Source of the DNA: Candidatus Latescibacterota bacterium | Lineage (GTDB): Bacteria; Latescibacterota; UBA2968; UBA8231 | NCBI GenBank assembly: GCA_965242865.1 | Contig: CBDETK010000013.1 | Coordinates: forward strand, 5,056,001 to 5,120,000 | Direction: 5' to 3' | DNA length: 64,000 bases | Part shown: positions 35,927 through 45,075 of the stretch, in pieces | Position numbering within the stretch: the first letter of the stretch is position 1 | How the letters are laid out: the number at the start of each line of letters is the position of its first letter | Program-made: the position numbers and the translations under genes | Notes under the pieces: generated by a model | Database searches by the model: none | Told to the model about the DNA's origin: nothing | What the model saw: the letters and a program-made list of their open reading frames with translations, nothing else

Positions 35927-37936
35927 ATGCCCCACATCCCCCTATTCGACCGCACCCTATTGCCCGAAGCCCGCGGCGAATTCGTCGTCATCGCCGATAC
36001 TCACTACGCGCTGGCCGAAGGCGTGGGGATGCGCGAATTCCCCTCCCGCGCCCAACAGAGCCGACGGGCGGCCGCGGCATTGCGCCTAGTGGCCGCCTTG
36101 GCGCCGGATTTTGTCGTCCATCTGGGCGACGTGGTGCAGGAATACCCCGGGAGCGCGGGCTTTGAACCGGCCTTGGACCAAGCCCTCGCGCAGATGGCCG
36201 CCTGCGGCGTACAGCCGCGCTGGGTAGCTGGCAACCACGACGTGGGCGACAAACCCGACCCCACCATGCCCACCCATCCGGTCACGACCGAGGGGCTGGA
36301 CGCATACCACCGACGCTTTGGCCCATCTTGGTACAGCTTTGACTATCGAGACCTGCACCTAGTGGTGCTCAACAGCCAAATCCTGAACACCGGCCTGCCG
36401 GCCGAGCAAGAGCAAAGGGCTTGGTTGGAAGCGGACTTGGCCGCGCACACCCATCTACGCAACGCGGTATTCTTGCACCTGCCGCCCTATCTACACAACC
36501 CGGCCGAGCCGCATCAAGGGCACTACGACAACATCGGCGAACCAGCCCGCACTTGGCTGCTAACGTTGCTGACGGCCCAGCGGGTGGCTTGGCTTTTTGC
36601 GGCCCACGTGCATTTTGCCTTTTGCGACCCAGCCGCCGGCTTGGACTATCGCACCGTCCCCTCCCCTTCTTTTACGCGGCCCGGTTTTAGCCACTTGTTC
36701 AGCAGCGCACCCCCGCCGGAGCAGGGCCGCGACGACCAGCCCAAGTTGGGGTTTTACCTGTGCCGCCTGCGCCCCAACCGCCTCGACATCCACCTAATCC
36801 GCACCGCCGGAGCCAAAAATTGGCCGTCGGGATCACGGCGTTTGCTCACTCCGGCAACGGCCGACTTAGGCGGAAGCCCCTTGGGGCTGACCGCGACCCA
36901 TCCACTCGGTTGGGAAGCGCAAGTCCCCACCACCTTTCCCTCCATGGTGCGGCAGCCGGTGCGCAACGACTATCCCCTGCTGGCCTGTCTGGAACTAGGT
37001 GCCCAAGCCCTGCGCTGCCCTTGGACCGACCTGCACTCGTCCGGCGATCGCCTGCGCTTTTTGCGCGGCCAAGGCGTCCAAGTGCAGGCGATCCTTCTCG
37101 ACGACGAGGCCACGCCGCCCGACTCCACGCTGGAACGCCACCGCGACCAAGTGGATACTTGGGAGCTTCAGACGCCGGGCGGGCCGTGGCCGTCCTCGGC
37201 GTGCCTGTACCTGCTCAGGAGCTACCACCGCAATCTGCGGCTGTCCTTAGCGCCGGTGATCCCCGGCCAGCAAACAACCGGCAAGCAGCACCCCCGCACC
37301 CGCGTGGGATACCGGCCCGACGAAGTGGCCCAGCTCGATCGTCGATTGCAGGACGCGGATACGTGGATAGAAGCGGCCCTGTGCCGACTGGACGCAGCGG
37401 CCCCTTGGGAAGACGCCTTGGCGTGGCGTGCGGTACAGGCCCCAACCACGATGGGGCGGCTCGATTTGCTCTTTGAGCTGCCCGGGCAAAGCGACCGCGA
37501 CGATGCCGTGCGAGCCGCGGAGGCCCTCTTTGCAACGGCGTTGCTGCCGCGGGCGCGGCTCTTCGTCGAGCCTTTTATCGATCTGGACCGCACGATGGAT
37601 GTGGGGCAAGGGCTGTTGGACCCCCTGTGCAACCCCCGACCCGCCTTTGGCGTCCTGCGCTGTCTCAATGCGCTGTTGCAGCGCTTTTGCGAGCCTTTTG
37701 CCAAGGCCGCCAGCCTAGCAGGCGAGGGCGCGACCGCACGGCTGCTCAGGGGGCCGACCCGCACGTTGGCCCTGCTGTTGCCGACAGCTGCGGAGGCTGC
37801 CGCGCCATGGGCGTGGAAGGATGTGGGATTAGTACGGCTCTATCGCCTAGCCGACGGGACCGTAGAAGAGCTCGCGGGCGACCGGCTAGCGGAGCTCGCG
37901 CTCGATCAGCCGAGCTTGGCGATCGCGGAACATTAG
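35927..37936 (+). CDS. Calcineurin-like metallophosphoesterase with a large C-terminal extension
   Basis: ADTH, HLGDVV, AGNHDVG, FLHLP, AAHVH in the N-terminal ~290 aa. Confidence 0.8.
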   Translation: MPHIPLFDRTLLPEARGEFVVIADTHYALAEGVGMREFPSRAQQSRRAAAALRLVAALAPDFVVHLGDVVQEYPGSAGFEPALDQALAQMAACGVQPRWVAGNHDVGDKPDPTMPTHPVTTEGLDAYHRRFGPSWYSFDYRDLHLVVLNSQILNTGLPAEQEQRAWLEADLAAHTHLRNAVFLHLPPYLHNPAEPHQGHYDNIGEPARTWLLTLLTAQRVAWLFAAHVHFAFCDPAAGLDYRTVPSPSFTRPGFSHLFSSAPPPEQGRDDQPKLGFYLCRLRPNRLDIHLIRTAGAKNWPSGSRRLLTPATADLGGSPLGLTATHPLGWEAQVPTTFPSMVRQPVRNDYPLLACLELGAQALRCPWTDLHSSGDRLRFLRGQGVQVQAILLDDEATPPDSTLERHRDQVDTWELQTPGGPWPSSACLYLLRSYHRNLRLSLAPVIPGQQTTGKQHPRTRVGYRPDEVAQLDRRLQDADTWIEAALCRLDAAAPWEDALAWRAVQAPTTMGRLDLLFELPGQSDRDDAVRAAEALFATALLPRARLFVEPFIDLDRTMDVGQGLLDPLCNPRPAFGVLRCLNALLQRFCEPFAKAASLAGEGATARLLRGPTRTLALLLPTAAEAAAPWAWKDVGLVRLYRLADGTVEELAGDRLAELALDQPSLAIAEH

Positions 37937-38622
37937 TCGATGTGCTCCGTGCGGTCCGAGTCGAGCAGGGCGCGCACTTCCTCAATGTTGTCCAGCCCCA
38001 GCCGGACGCGGCGGGTGAGGGCTTCCTCGGCCTCGCGCACCTTGGGCAAGGTTGCCACGACCGCGTCGAACTGGTCGTGCGGAACGACCACCACCCCGTC
38101 GCGGTCTGCGACGACAATTTCCCCCGCATCGACGCAGGTCCCGCCCATGACCACGGGCATACCAGCGGTCCCCGGCCCATTGCGGGTGCAGGAGTTGGGC
38201 GTAATGCCCATGCAGAAGGCCGGCAGGCCGACGGGCAGGATGCCGTCGATGTCGCGCATCAGGCCGTCGGTGACAAAGCCGGCGATGCCGCGATTGCGCC
38301 CCATAGCCAGCATGATGTCGCCGGCGACTGCGGTGCGAGTGAACGCATCCGTAGCGATGAAGATGGCGTCTCCTCGCTGCGCGATTTCGAGCGCGGCAAA
38401 CACGGCGAGGTTGTCGCCCGGCCCGGGATGACAGGTGACGATGGGCGCGACCAGCTTGCAGTTGTCCGGGTCGAGCGGCTTGATGCGGTAGTCGAGCGCC
38501 CCGCGGCCGTTCATGCAGTCGGCAATAAAGCCGGTGGGAACGTTCCGTAGCGCGCGCAGGATGGCTTCTGAGGGCCGCGGAAAGTGGCGGCGAACCGTGA
38601 GCAGCGGAGGGTCTTTGATCAT
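37933..38622 (-). CDS. RraA family / HMG-CHA aldolase-like protein
   Basis: PGDNLAV, AVAGDIM, VTDGLMRDIDG, GEIVVADRDGVVVVP. Confidence 0.88.
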   Translation of the reverse strand: MIKDPPLLTVRRHFPRPSEAILRALRNVPTGFIADCMNGRGALDYRIKPLDPDNCKLVAPIVTCHPGPGDNLAVFAALEIAQRGDAIFIATDAFTRTAVAGDIMLAMGRNRGIAGFVTDGLMRDIDGILPVGLPAFCMGITPNSCTRNGPGTAGMPVVMGGTCVDAGEIVVADRDGVVVVPHDQFDAVVATLPKVREAEEALTRRVRLGLDNIEEVRALLDSDRTEHID

Positions 38623-38769
38623 GTTGGCTCCAAAGGTGAACGAGGGCGGACTATTGTACAAGGGGCCGAGGGCGGTTGTCAAATCCCGAGGGCTTGCACG
38701 CGATCTCTTCGTCCTGCCTGCACAAGAGACTTTTGAGTTTTCTAAAGTCCCACTTTATATTTCTCAAAC

Positions 38770-39945
38770 ATGAAATACATCCCCCGCCTCCTCGAAACCG
38801 AGCTCCTCCAAGCTGTCCGGCACTTTCCCGCGGTGCTCCTGACCGGCCCGCGCCGCGCCGGCAAGACCACCTTGCTGCGCCATTTATTTCCCCGCGCCGA
38901 ATACTATCTAGTCGAAGACCCCGATATTATCGCCCGCCTGCGCTCAGACCCCCGGGCCTTTCTCGACGAGATTCGCCCGCCCGTTATCCTCGACGAAATC
39001 CAGAACGTCCCGGAACTGCTCGGCTATATCCGCACCCGCATCGACGCCCGCCCCGACCGGCTGGGCCAATGGCTCCTCACCGGCTCTCAGGAAGCGCCCC
39101 TCATGCGGGGGGTGACCGAATCCATGGCCGGCCGGGCCGCGATCTTCCAGCTCATGCCCCTGTCCGTGCGGGAGACGGCCGCGACCTCCCTGCTCAAAGG
39201 CGGCTTCCCCGAAGTGTTAGCTCGGCCCTCAGTGGCCCGCACTTGGTTCGCCTCGTACGTCCAGACCTATCTGGAGCGGGATGTGCGCGCCGTCAGTGCC
39301 ATTGGCGACTTAGCCACCTTCCGCCGCTTCGTCGCGCTGGTGGCCAGCCGCTGCGGCCAAATCCTCAACAAGACCGACTTAGCCGCGCCCCTCGGGGTCT
39401 CTGTGCCGACGATTTCGGCTTGGCTGAACATCCTCGAAATCACCGCCCAGATCATCTTGGTCCCGCCCTTCTACCACAACTTTGGCAAACGGCTCGTCAA
39501 ATCGCCCAAAATATACTTCGTCGATTCGGGCTTGGCCTGCCACCTACTGGGCATTGAGACCGCCGCGGCCTTGCGTGCTTCCCCTTTTTATGGTGCGCTT
39601 TTTGAGGGCTTTGTCGCCGCAGAAATCGCCAAGCAGCAGCTCAATACCGCCCGCCGCCGCGAACTGTATTACTTCCGCGACCAGCAGGGGCTTGAGGTCG
39701 ATTTTCTCGTGCCCGCCGGCCCCGCCCGCCTGCTGCTGGTAGAGGCCAAGGCCGGCCATACCGTAGATCCCGGGGCGGCCCGGTCCCTGTTGCGTCTAGA
39801 CAAGGCCATCGACGAGTACGAGGTCGAGCGTCTGGTCGCGCATCAGCCGTTGCCCGATACGCCAAACCTGTCCGCGCTCTGTCCGGGCGTGCGGGCGGTC
39901 TCGGTCGAGGGGTTGCTGGAGCACCTGACGTACCCCCAAGCCTGA
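38770..39945 (+). CDS. AAA+ ATPase with DUF4143 C-terminal domain
   Basis: TGPRRAGKTT, ILDEIQ, LTGSQ, YVQTYLERD, KSPKIYFVDSGL, YFRDQQGLEVDF. Confidence 0.9.
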   Translation: MKYIPRLLETELLQAVRHFPAVLLTGPRRAGKTTLLRHLFPRAEYYLVEDPDIIARLRSDPRAFLDEIRPPVILDEIQNVPELLGYIRTRIDARPDRLGQWLLTGSQEAPLMRGVTESMAGRAAIFQLMPLSVRETAATSLLKGGFPEVLARPSVARTWFASYVQTYLERDVRAVSAIGDLATFRRFVALVASRCGQILNKTDLAAPLGVSVPTISAWLNILEITAQIILVPPFYHNFGKRLVKSPKIYFVDSGLACHLLGIETAAALRASPFYGALFEGFVAAEIAKQQLNTARRRELYYFRDQQGLEVDFLVPAGPARLLLVEAKAGHTVDPGAARSLLRLDKAIDEYEVERLVAHQPLPDTPNLSALCPGVRAVSVEGLLEHLTYPQA

Positions 39946-40113
39946 AAGCCGCGAGATTCTGCCAGCTTTCACCGGCCATCGCGGCTAGGATCGCTTTTGA
40001 CAATTTTCACTGTATCGGCCACTTTCAGCAAATGCTGAACATACCGAGATCAGAAAAAGCCCTTGTCGATCAAGCCGCGCAAGCACTACGCCAGACGCTG
40101 GAAAAGCCGCCTC

Positions 40114-41493
40114 ATGGACCCCATAGCAGAGTTAGCCGAATTCGACCGCGAGACCGTCGCCCGCGCCAAAGCGGTCGAACAGCGCATCCAAGCTGAGGGC
40201 TTGGCGGCCGGGCATACCATCCGCGACGTGCGCGTCTTCCGGGTGCTGATGCCTTGGGTTGGGACCAAGCGTTGGGATGGTTCGGCCGAGCGTTTTACTT
40301 TTGCCGAGTTCGAGACCGACAAAGGCTTCGTCGGCATTGCCGAGGGCGTCAATGCGGACGCCGAAGCATTAAAGGGCAAAGTCCTCGGCAAAAATCCTTT
40401 TGACCCCCAAATCCGCGCCGATATGGGGCTGGCCTACTGGGACCTAATCGGCAAAATCGCCAACCGACCGCTGGGCCAGTACTTGCACGAACTCTTCGCG
40501 CTGGCGACCCCCTTGGCCGAGCGCGTCCCCATGTCGGCCTATACTTGGTATCGCTTCCCGGACCTCAACGGCGAAAACGCCGTCACCTTTGAGAGTTATC
40601 CTGCCCACGTGCAGGAGATTATCCGCGCCCACGGCTTCCACAACATCAAGCTCTCGATGTGCGATTTTGAGCCGCGTCGCTACGTGGAATTGGTCCGCAA
40701 CATCCGCGCGGCCGTGGGACCGGATGTGGACATCCGCGTCGATCCCCACGCCTCTTGGGGCGAGGCGCAGGCGTTGCGCTTTATGCGCGAGGTTGAGGAC
40801 TGTCATCTGGAGTGGATTGAGGAGCCGGTGGGCGGGCGCTTCGCTCACATTTTTCGCGCCGGCCATCGCCTGCGGCTGTTGAGCACCATCCCGATCTCGT
40901 CGCACGCTTGGCTGCCGCCGCTGGTATCGCAGCCCAGCGCCAAGGGCCGCTACGGCGATGGGGCTCTCGACGCGGCCCTCGATCTAGACGCGCTGCGCCG
41001 CTGGCAGCCGGCCGACATTTCCGCGCCCGACGCCTACGCCGGGCCGCTGGCACTCAAGCGTTACTACGACGCGGCGCGCTTTATGGGCATGGGGATCGGC
41101 ATGCACAGTGCTTATGAGCTGGGGCCAGCCACGGCGATCCGCCTGCACATCGCGGCCTTCGCCTTTCCCTACGAGCTGCCCTATCACATCGTCTGGGGGC
41201 GAGACCGCGCCTTTCCGCCCTTCTCGGCACACGCGCTCGACGCGCATTACAACCAATGGGCTGACGACGTGATCTGCGGCGGCAAGCTGACCTACGATCA
41301 GGGGTTCCTCGCCGTGCCCAAGCAACCGGGGTTGGGCGTTGAACTCGATCCCGACCGCCTGCGCCACTACGCCTTTAGCGAAGAAAAGGCCGCAGCCCAT
41401 ACCCGCCACATCGAACAAATTCGCGCCACTCATCTCGACGCGCTCGGCTGGCGGGTGGAGCGCAACGGCTGGCGACGCTATCGGACGCGCTAG
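40114..41493 (+). CDS. Enolase superfamily enzyme (mandelate racemase/glucarate dehydratase-like)
   Basis: AYWDLIGK, NIKLS, IRVDPH, EWIEEP, GMHS, PGLGVELD. Confidence 0.75.
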   Translation: MDPIAELAEFDRETVARAKAVEQRIQAEGLAAGHTIRDVRVFRVLMPWVGTKRWDGSAERFTFAEFETDKGFVGIAEGVNADAEALKGKVLGKNPFDPQIRADMGLAYWDLIGKIANRPLGQYLHELFALATPLAERVPMSAYTWYRFPDLNGENAVTFESYPAHVQEIIRAHGFHNIKLSMCDFEPRRYVELVRNIRAAVGPDVDIRVDPHASWGEAQALRFMREVEDCHLEWIEEPVGGRFAHIFRAGHRLRLLSTIPISSHAWLPPLVSQPSAKGRYGDGALDAALDLDALRRWQPADISAPDAYAGPLALKRYYDAARFMGMGIGMHSAYELGPATAIRLHIAAFAFPYELPYHIVWGRDRAFPPFSAHALDAHYNQWADDVICGGKLTYDQGFLAVPKQPGLGVELDPDRLRHYAFSEEKAAAHTRHIEQIRATHLDALGWRVERNGWRRYRTR

Positions 41494-41555
41494 GCTACTA
41501 CCAAACCAAAAAGGTGCCGGAAATTTTGGCTTAGCGACCAATAATCTGCTGCGAT

Positions 41556-42494
41556 CTACCGCCCTTCCTCATCCATGAACTTCTTTATGTCCCTGCCGTA
41601 GCGCACGAGATTCTCCAGCTTTGCACCTACTATATGGCTCTCACAGCCGATCTTTGGGCCAGCATGATTCGGAGAATAGAAACGCCCATACGGAAAGTAC
41701 GACCGCAGCCAATAGACCCTCCTGTTGTCTTTCTTTAGAGGCACGATGCGTGCGATTAGAGGCCGGACGCTGGAATCAGCATCAGCGATACCCTCTACTT
41801 CTCTTTTTGGGGTTCTCTCGGCACCCCTTTCAAAAACATACGTTCTCGCCTTATCGTACGCTCTATCGCCTTGGGTAACGACCACGTCGGGCTCAAGAAT
41901 TCTCACTTCCTCGCTGAGATAGCCTCCACAATTCTTGTACAGTTGGGCCGGCTCTTGCTTTTTTCCATCGGAGTTGGAGAAACACTTCGCCGTTCGCACA
42001 TGAAAGAAGAGTTCCATTATTATTCTTAAACTCTCCTCATCCTCTGCTGGCTTTAGTTCGATAAAGGGATCGAGGAGACTCCGGACGGTCGTTGTCGTCC
42101 CTCGCCAGTGCGATTTCCGAGGAAGATAGAAAGGCTTGCCCTCCTCTGGCTCTGGCTTTTTTTTCATTGGCTCCGAAGCGGACAGGGAGACAACCACGAT
42201 ACGCGGGATACGGTGGCCTTTGTACTTCTTTTCTGAGTAGTATTGGCTGACTGTAGAGCCCTCAGATTCCTCCGTCCGAGGGGAAAAGAGAAATTTCGTG
42301 TCTCCGTCTCCACCCGAACGTTTACGTTCATAATCGAGCTTACAGGCATTCCGACAGTCATCCTTATTAGGACAACCGAAAGAGTCAAACATCTTTTCGT
42401 AATCGTAGTAGCCCTTGCTGTCTGTCACTCCTTTCACAGACTTGATACTAGCTCCCTCGTAATAGTTTTTGAGTTTGTTCTCCATCTCATTCAT
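41556..42494 (-). CDS. Uracil-DNA glycosylase-like superfamily protein, copy A
   Basis: C-x5-C-x3-C, RIVVVS, TAKC, NC..YL.EE..IL.PDVVVTQG; low GC; paralog at 46450. Confidence 0.55.
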   Translation of the reverse strand: MNEMENKLKNYYEGASIKSVKGVTDSKGYYDYEKMFDSFGCPNKDDCRNACKLDYERKRSGGDGDTKFLFSPRTEESEGSTVSQYYSEKKYKGHRIPRIVVVSLSASEPMKKKPEPEEGKPFYLPRKSHWRGTTTTVRSLLDPFIELKPAEDEESLRIIMELFFHVRTAKCFSNSDGKKQEPAQLYKNCGGYLSEEVRILEPDVVVTQGDRAYDKARTYVFERGAERTPKREVEGIADADSSVRPLIARIVPLKKDNRRVYWLRSYFPYGRFYSPNHAGPKIGCESHIVGAKLENLVRYGRDIKKFMDEEGR

Positions 42495-42571
42495 GATTGT
42501 CTCCTTTTGACGTTTAATGGTTTAGAGATTGTACTGCTCGAAATCCCCCAAGGCATCACAAGTATTGTCTC

Positions 42572-42598
42572 GTCATTCCCGCAAAAGCGGGAATCCAG
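42572..42598. repeat. REP/dRS3-like palindrome
   Basis: GTCATTCCCGCAAAAGCGGGAATCCAG. Confidence 0.75.
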
Positions 42599-42777
42599 TC
42601 AACGTTTGTAAAACGAACTTGGATGACTGCTGTTAGCCGCCGGATCCTTCGTATAGGCTGTGAACACAGTCCCACCGTTTTAAGAAGCTAGTACTAGGTG
42701 GATCATGGCAATCTGAATCAAGGCTTCGCTCTGGCGCGTCAGGACCTCATACTCTCGGGCATGGCGTCTAAAATTCA

Positions 42778-42998
42778 TCAACCATGCTCAGGTGCGCTCA
42801 ACGACCCAACGCCGTTTGAGTACAGTACCGGTTCGATCGGCTGCCATTGCTCATCGGTTACATCGGTGGCATATTGACCAATCGGCGTACTCATTATATG
42901 AGCCTTTCTGTTCAGATTTTTTAGCGAAACCTGAAGATGGCTTAATGAGTACGCCAACTCAAATACGCGATACATCACAGAGTTTTCAGACAGCTTCT
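42778..42998 (-). pseudogene. IS5-family transposase remnant (N-terminus and probable end)
   Basis: YATDVTDEQWQPIEPVL matches the IS5 N-terminal motif; AGAAGCTGTCTGAAAA upstream resembles an IS5-type end. Confidence 0.6.
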
Positions 42999-43201
42999 GA
43001 GAAGAAAGAAACCCTAACAGAGACCAAATTTCCCCCCCACGCCTCGATTGACCAGCTGGCCGAACTCAAAGCACACTGGGAACGCCAAGACCGCCAAAAA
43101 AGCCCCAATTCGCACAATTCGCCCCCAACTAAACCCACGCCAGAGACAAAAATCGTTTATGCGCCTTGACCCGTAAGCGATTTTAACGCCCCTAAGACCG
43201 C

Positions 43202-43750
43202 TTACTCCGCGCCCACCGACTCCAAATACTCGACAACCTCCGTACGACCTTTCCGCGCCGCCCGGGCTTTAGCCGTCCAGCCGCTATTGTCCCTCGCGTT
43301 CACGTCCGCCCCCTGACCGACCAAATAACGAACCACCTCAAAACGACCACCACGCGCCGCATTGTGCAGAGCCGTCCTGCCGTATCTGTTCGTAGCGTCC
43401 AAGTCCGCCCCCTGCTCGACCAAATACCGAACCACCTCCAAATGACCGCGCTCCGCCGCCGCAAAAAGAACCGTCCTGCCGTATCTGTTCGTAGCGTCCA
43501 AGTCCGCCCCCTGCTCGACCAAATACCGAACCACCTCCAAATGACCGCGCTCCGCCGCCGCAAAAAGAACCGTACTGCCGGAGCTGCCCCCCGTAGCGTC
43601 CAAGTCCGCCCCCTGCTCGACCAAATACCGAACCACCTCCAAATGACCGCGCTCCGCCGCCGCAAAAAAGCCGACACCCGATCCAATCGAGTGACGACTT
43701 CTTGCGATTTGAGCGAACAAGCCTACCCGCCACGATCCTACCAACCGCAA
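43202..43750 (-). CDS. Ankyrin repeat protein (start uncertain, probably 5' truncated)
   Basis: Repeats G.T.L..AA..GHLEVVRYLVEQGADLDA; three near-identical 99-102 bp DNA repeats at 43372-43668. Confidence 0.8.
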   Translation of the reverse strand: MRLVGSWRVGLFAQIARSRHSIGSGVGFFAAAERGHLEVVRYLVEQGADLDATGGSSGSTVLFAAAERGHLEVVRYLVEQGADLDATNRYGRTVLFAAAERGHLEVVRYLVEQGADLDATNRYGRTALHNAARGGRFEVVRYLVGQGADVNARDNSGWTAKARAARKGRTEVVEYLESVGAE

Positions 43751-45027
43751 GCACCTAGCACCAGATCGACCGCCTTCGCAGAACCACGCAGATCAAACAC
43801 AAAATCGCCCGCGCCCCGTTTGCCTTCCGAATCTTTTATGCGAACAAAGAGCTGGGAACGAACCAGAAGATTCTGCGCCCATCGGATTTGTTGCACCCGC
43901 ACCTCCGCCAGCTTCCGCGAGTATTTTGACATCGGGTAAAGCGTCTCTCGATCCTTAGAGACCACCCACTTTTTTGAAACCGCTTTGAGTTTATCAAACC
44001 GCCAAATAACATCGCTGGAAGCATCAGACTCATACGCTACCTTCACCCCTTGAGGCAAAATTTGCACCTCAAAGACTTCCCCGCCATCGCAGGTTATTCC
44101 AAGGAGTGCGCCTGAACGGCCACGGACAAAATCCTCTGAAGGCAGCACAGCAAACACGTTCTGCTTGTCATTGACCGGATCTAACTCTTGATCAACCTCC
44201 CACTTGCCAACCCCAGACGAAGGAATTGAAATAAGTTTCTCGCGCTCACCCACCGACGCCAAATACGCCGCCACATCCGTTTCACCCATCCCCGCAGCCC
44301 GGCCCCGAGGCGTCCGGCCGTTGTTGTCCCTAGCCGTGACATCTGCTCCCTGACCCACCAAATACCGCACAACCTCCAAATAACCGCGCTCCGCCGCCCT
44401 GTGCAGAGCCGTGTTGTCGTATCTGTTCTCAGCGTTCACGTCCAACCCCTGCTCCTCCACCAAGTACCGAACCACCTCCAAATGACCGCGCCCCGCCGCA
44501 GAGTGCAGAGCCGTCCAGTCGTCCCGCGTCATAGCGACGTCCAAACCGAGACCCACCAAATACTCCACTACCGCCACTGAGCCGCCCAAGGCCGCCGGGT
44601 GAAGAACCGTCCCGCCCAAGTTGTCCGTAGCGTTGACGTCCAACCCCTGCTCCTCAACCAGATACTCCACTACTTCCAATTTCCCAGACCTAGCGGCCGC
44701 GTGCAAAGCCGTAAAGCCATTGAAGTCCTTAGCGTTCACGTCCGCCCCTTGACCCACCAAATACTTGACCAGATCCAAATTTCCAGACCCAGCAGCCCCA
44801 TACAGAGGCGTCGCGCTTCCACTGCCCTTACTCTCAACTGACATGCCCGACTGTACGAATAGCTTGACGACCGCTAAGTTGCCCGCCGCTGCCGAATCAA
44901 CAAACGCCCATTCAGTGTAGTCAATACCTCGACGATCTAGCTCCGCACGAGCCGCCGCGGTACTCGCTGACGAAGCCGCCGGCAAAGAAAACAATGCCAA
45001 ACCCAACAAGAGCACCAAAAAACGCAT
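43738..45027 (-). CDS. Secreted ankyrin repeat protein with a non-ankyrin C-terminal domain (VasI-like)
   Basis: Signal peptide, about 6 ankyrin repeats, then W..DQELDPVND..LGITC..WRFD..FDLRG..ACGW. Confidence 0.8.
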   Translation of the reverse strand: MRFLVLLLGLALFSLPAASSASTAAARAELDRRGIDYTEWAFVDSAAAGNLAVVKLFVQSGMSVESKGSGSATPLYGAAGSGNLDLVKYLVGQGADVNAKDFNGFTALHAAARSGKLEVVEYLVEEQGLDVNATDNLGGTVLHPAALGGSVAVVEYLVGLGLDVAMTRDDWTALHSAAGRGHLEVVRYLVEEQGLDVNAENRYDNTALHRAAERGYLEVVRYLVGQGADVTARDNNGRTPRGRAAGMGETDVAAYLASVGEREKLISIPSSGVGKWEVDQELDPVNDKQNVFAVLPSEDFVRGRSGALLGITCDGGEVFEVQILPQGVKVAYESDASSDVIWRFDKLKAVSKKWVVSKDRETLYPMSKYSRKLAEVRVQQIRWAQNLLVRSQLFVRIKDSEGKRGAGDFVFDLRGSAKAVDLVLGACGW

Positions 45028-45075
45028 ACCAAATCTCCTCCTCGAATAAGTGAATGTAGGCTTACTCCTCTTGAC

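Noticed and set aside
42792-43169. 125-aa plus-strand ORF
   Set aside because: Overlaps the IS5 remnant on the opposite strand; no family motif.
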